From an uncultured archaeon (GTDB lineage Archaea > Iainarchaeota > Iainarchaeia > Iainarchaeales > DATDZZ01), in assembly GCA_964373795.1 (NCBI GenBank), contig CAYJVY010000015.1:1-5019 (forward strand): a DNA stretch of 5,019 nucleotides. Reading direction: 5' to 3'. Both the position numbers and the translations under genes were made by a program. Each line of letters begins with the position of its first letter. The stretch's first letter is position 1. Shown here one piece after another: positions 4,444 to 5,019 of this stretch. The notes under the pieces are model-generated. The model saw only the letters and a program-made list of their open reading frames with translations, was not told the DNA's origin and made no database searches.

Positions 4444-5019
4444 ATGCTTTTAAAAAATTGTAGATTTATTGTAACTCAAAACCCTTTAAGACAGGTTTTT
4501 GAAAACCTTGACATAAAAATCGAAAGAAACTTCATTGTAAAAATTGGTAAAAACTTGGAAAAGAATTCAAGTGAAGAAGTAATTGATTGTTCCAAAAAAA
4601 TTATTTTGCCTGGATTAATTAATTCTCATGCTCATCTAGGAATGCATTCCTTGAAAGGCAGATGTGATGATAAAGAATTATTTGAATGGCTTTCAATAAT
4701 TCAGCCAATGGAAAAAAAGTTTAATGATGAAATTGTTCTTGAAAACACTTTAAATGGATTAAAAGAATCTCTTTTTTTTGGCACTACAACTGTTTTTGAT
4801 TCTTATTCTGAAATAGCTGTTAAAGCATTTCAAGAATTAGGAGTAAGAGGTTGTGTTAGTCCTTCAAGCAAAACATTAACTGATTCCAAAATAAAGCTTT
4901 TTAAAAAAAAGCTTGCAAAAACTATGGAAAAAACTGGGGGAAAAACTGGGGGAAAAACTGGGGGAAAAACTGTGGAAAAAACTGTGGAAAAAACTGGAGC
5001 AAAAACTGGAGAGAAAACT
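4444..5019 (+). CDS. Metal-dependent amidohydrolase of the MtaD/DadD (5'-methylthioadenosine/S-adenosylhomocysteine/5'-deoxyadenosine deaminase, chlorohydrolase) family; partial, continues past the window end
   Basis: I translated it by hand: 192 codons open from ATG 4444 to 5019 with no stop. The sequence is MLLKNCRFIVTQ...VIDCSKKIILPGLINSHAHLGMHSLKGRCDDKELFEWLSIIQPMEKKF...ESLFFGTTTVFDSY...ELGVRGCV. The HxH metal motif within PGLINSHAHL, DD..L.eWL...P.E, GTTT..D and G.R blocks appear in the order typical of this family. The exact substrate cannot be assigned. Confidence 0.85.
   Translation, partial: MLLKNCRFIVTQNPLRQVFENLDIKIERNFIVKIGKNLEKNSSEEVIDCSKKIILPGLINSHAHLGMHSLKGRCDDKELFEWLSIIQPMEKKFNDEIVLENTLNGLKESLFFGTTTVFDSYSEIAVKAFQELGVRGCVSPSSKTLTDSKIKLFKKKLAKTMEKTGGKTGGKTGGKTVEKTVEKTGAKTGEKT
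4912..5019 (+). repeat. In-frame 12-nt tandem repeat (at least 9 units, peptide xxKT) inside the amidohydrolase CDS, truncated by the window end
   Basis: Units are CTTGCAAAAACT, ATGGAAAAAACT, GGGGGAAAAACT x3 (4936-4971), GTGGAAAAAACT x2 (4972-4995), GGAGCAAAAACT and GGAGAGAAAACT. They translate to LAKT MEKT GGKT GGKT GGKT VEKT VEKT GAKT GEKT. Confidence 0.9.

Noticed and set aside
1-5019. Whole-window scan for CRISPR arrays, transposases or IS ends, integrases, toxin-antitoxin pairs and defence-type gene clusters
   Set aside because: None was found. There is no regularly spaced direct repeat array. The only tandem repeat is coding and 12 nt long. All the large ORFs are housekeeping or membrane proteins. 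The two unassigned ORFs (204 aa, 81 aa) are convergent, not operonic.

Overview
AT-rich, tightly packed archaeal chromosomal segment. gatD belongs to the archaea-specific GatDE pathway, which sets the domain. Lineage cannot be resolved without a database search; a small-genome uncultured archaeon is plausible. There are six protein genes. They are a SpoU/TrmH-family RNA 2'-O-methyltransferase (+), an orphan 204-aa two-TM Gly/Ala-rich protein (+), an 81-aa arginine-rich protein (-), a DedA-family membrane protein (+), GatD (-), and an MtaD/DadD-like amidohydrolase (+, 4444 to window end). The amidohydrolase is absent from the ORF track because it has no stop codon in the window. I found no rRNA, tRNA, CRISPR array, transposase or recognisable multi-gene accessory or defence system, so this looks like a housekeeping neighbourhood. 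Four things are not explained by the genes. (1) A diverged 70-85 nt intergenic element with a perfect 17-nt core occurs on both sides of the methyltransferase gene. (2) About 340 nt of non-coding sequence at the left edge is GC-elevated and has strong mutually exclusive helices, so it is a candidate structured RNA. (3) A perfect 18-bp palindrome lies between convergent genes. (4) An in-frame 12-nt tandem repeat (xxKT, at least 9 units) sits inside the amidohydrolase and runs off the window. Most genes look leaderless, with TATTTAAA-type boxes 14-33 nt upstream of the ATG. Only the orphan membrane protein has a strong Shine-Dalgarno sequence.
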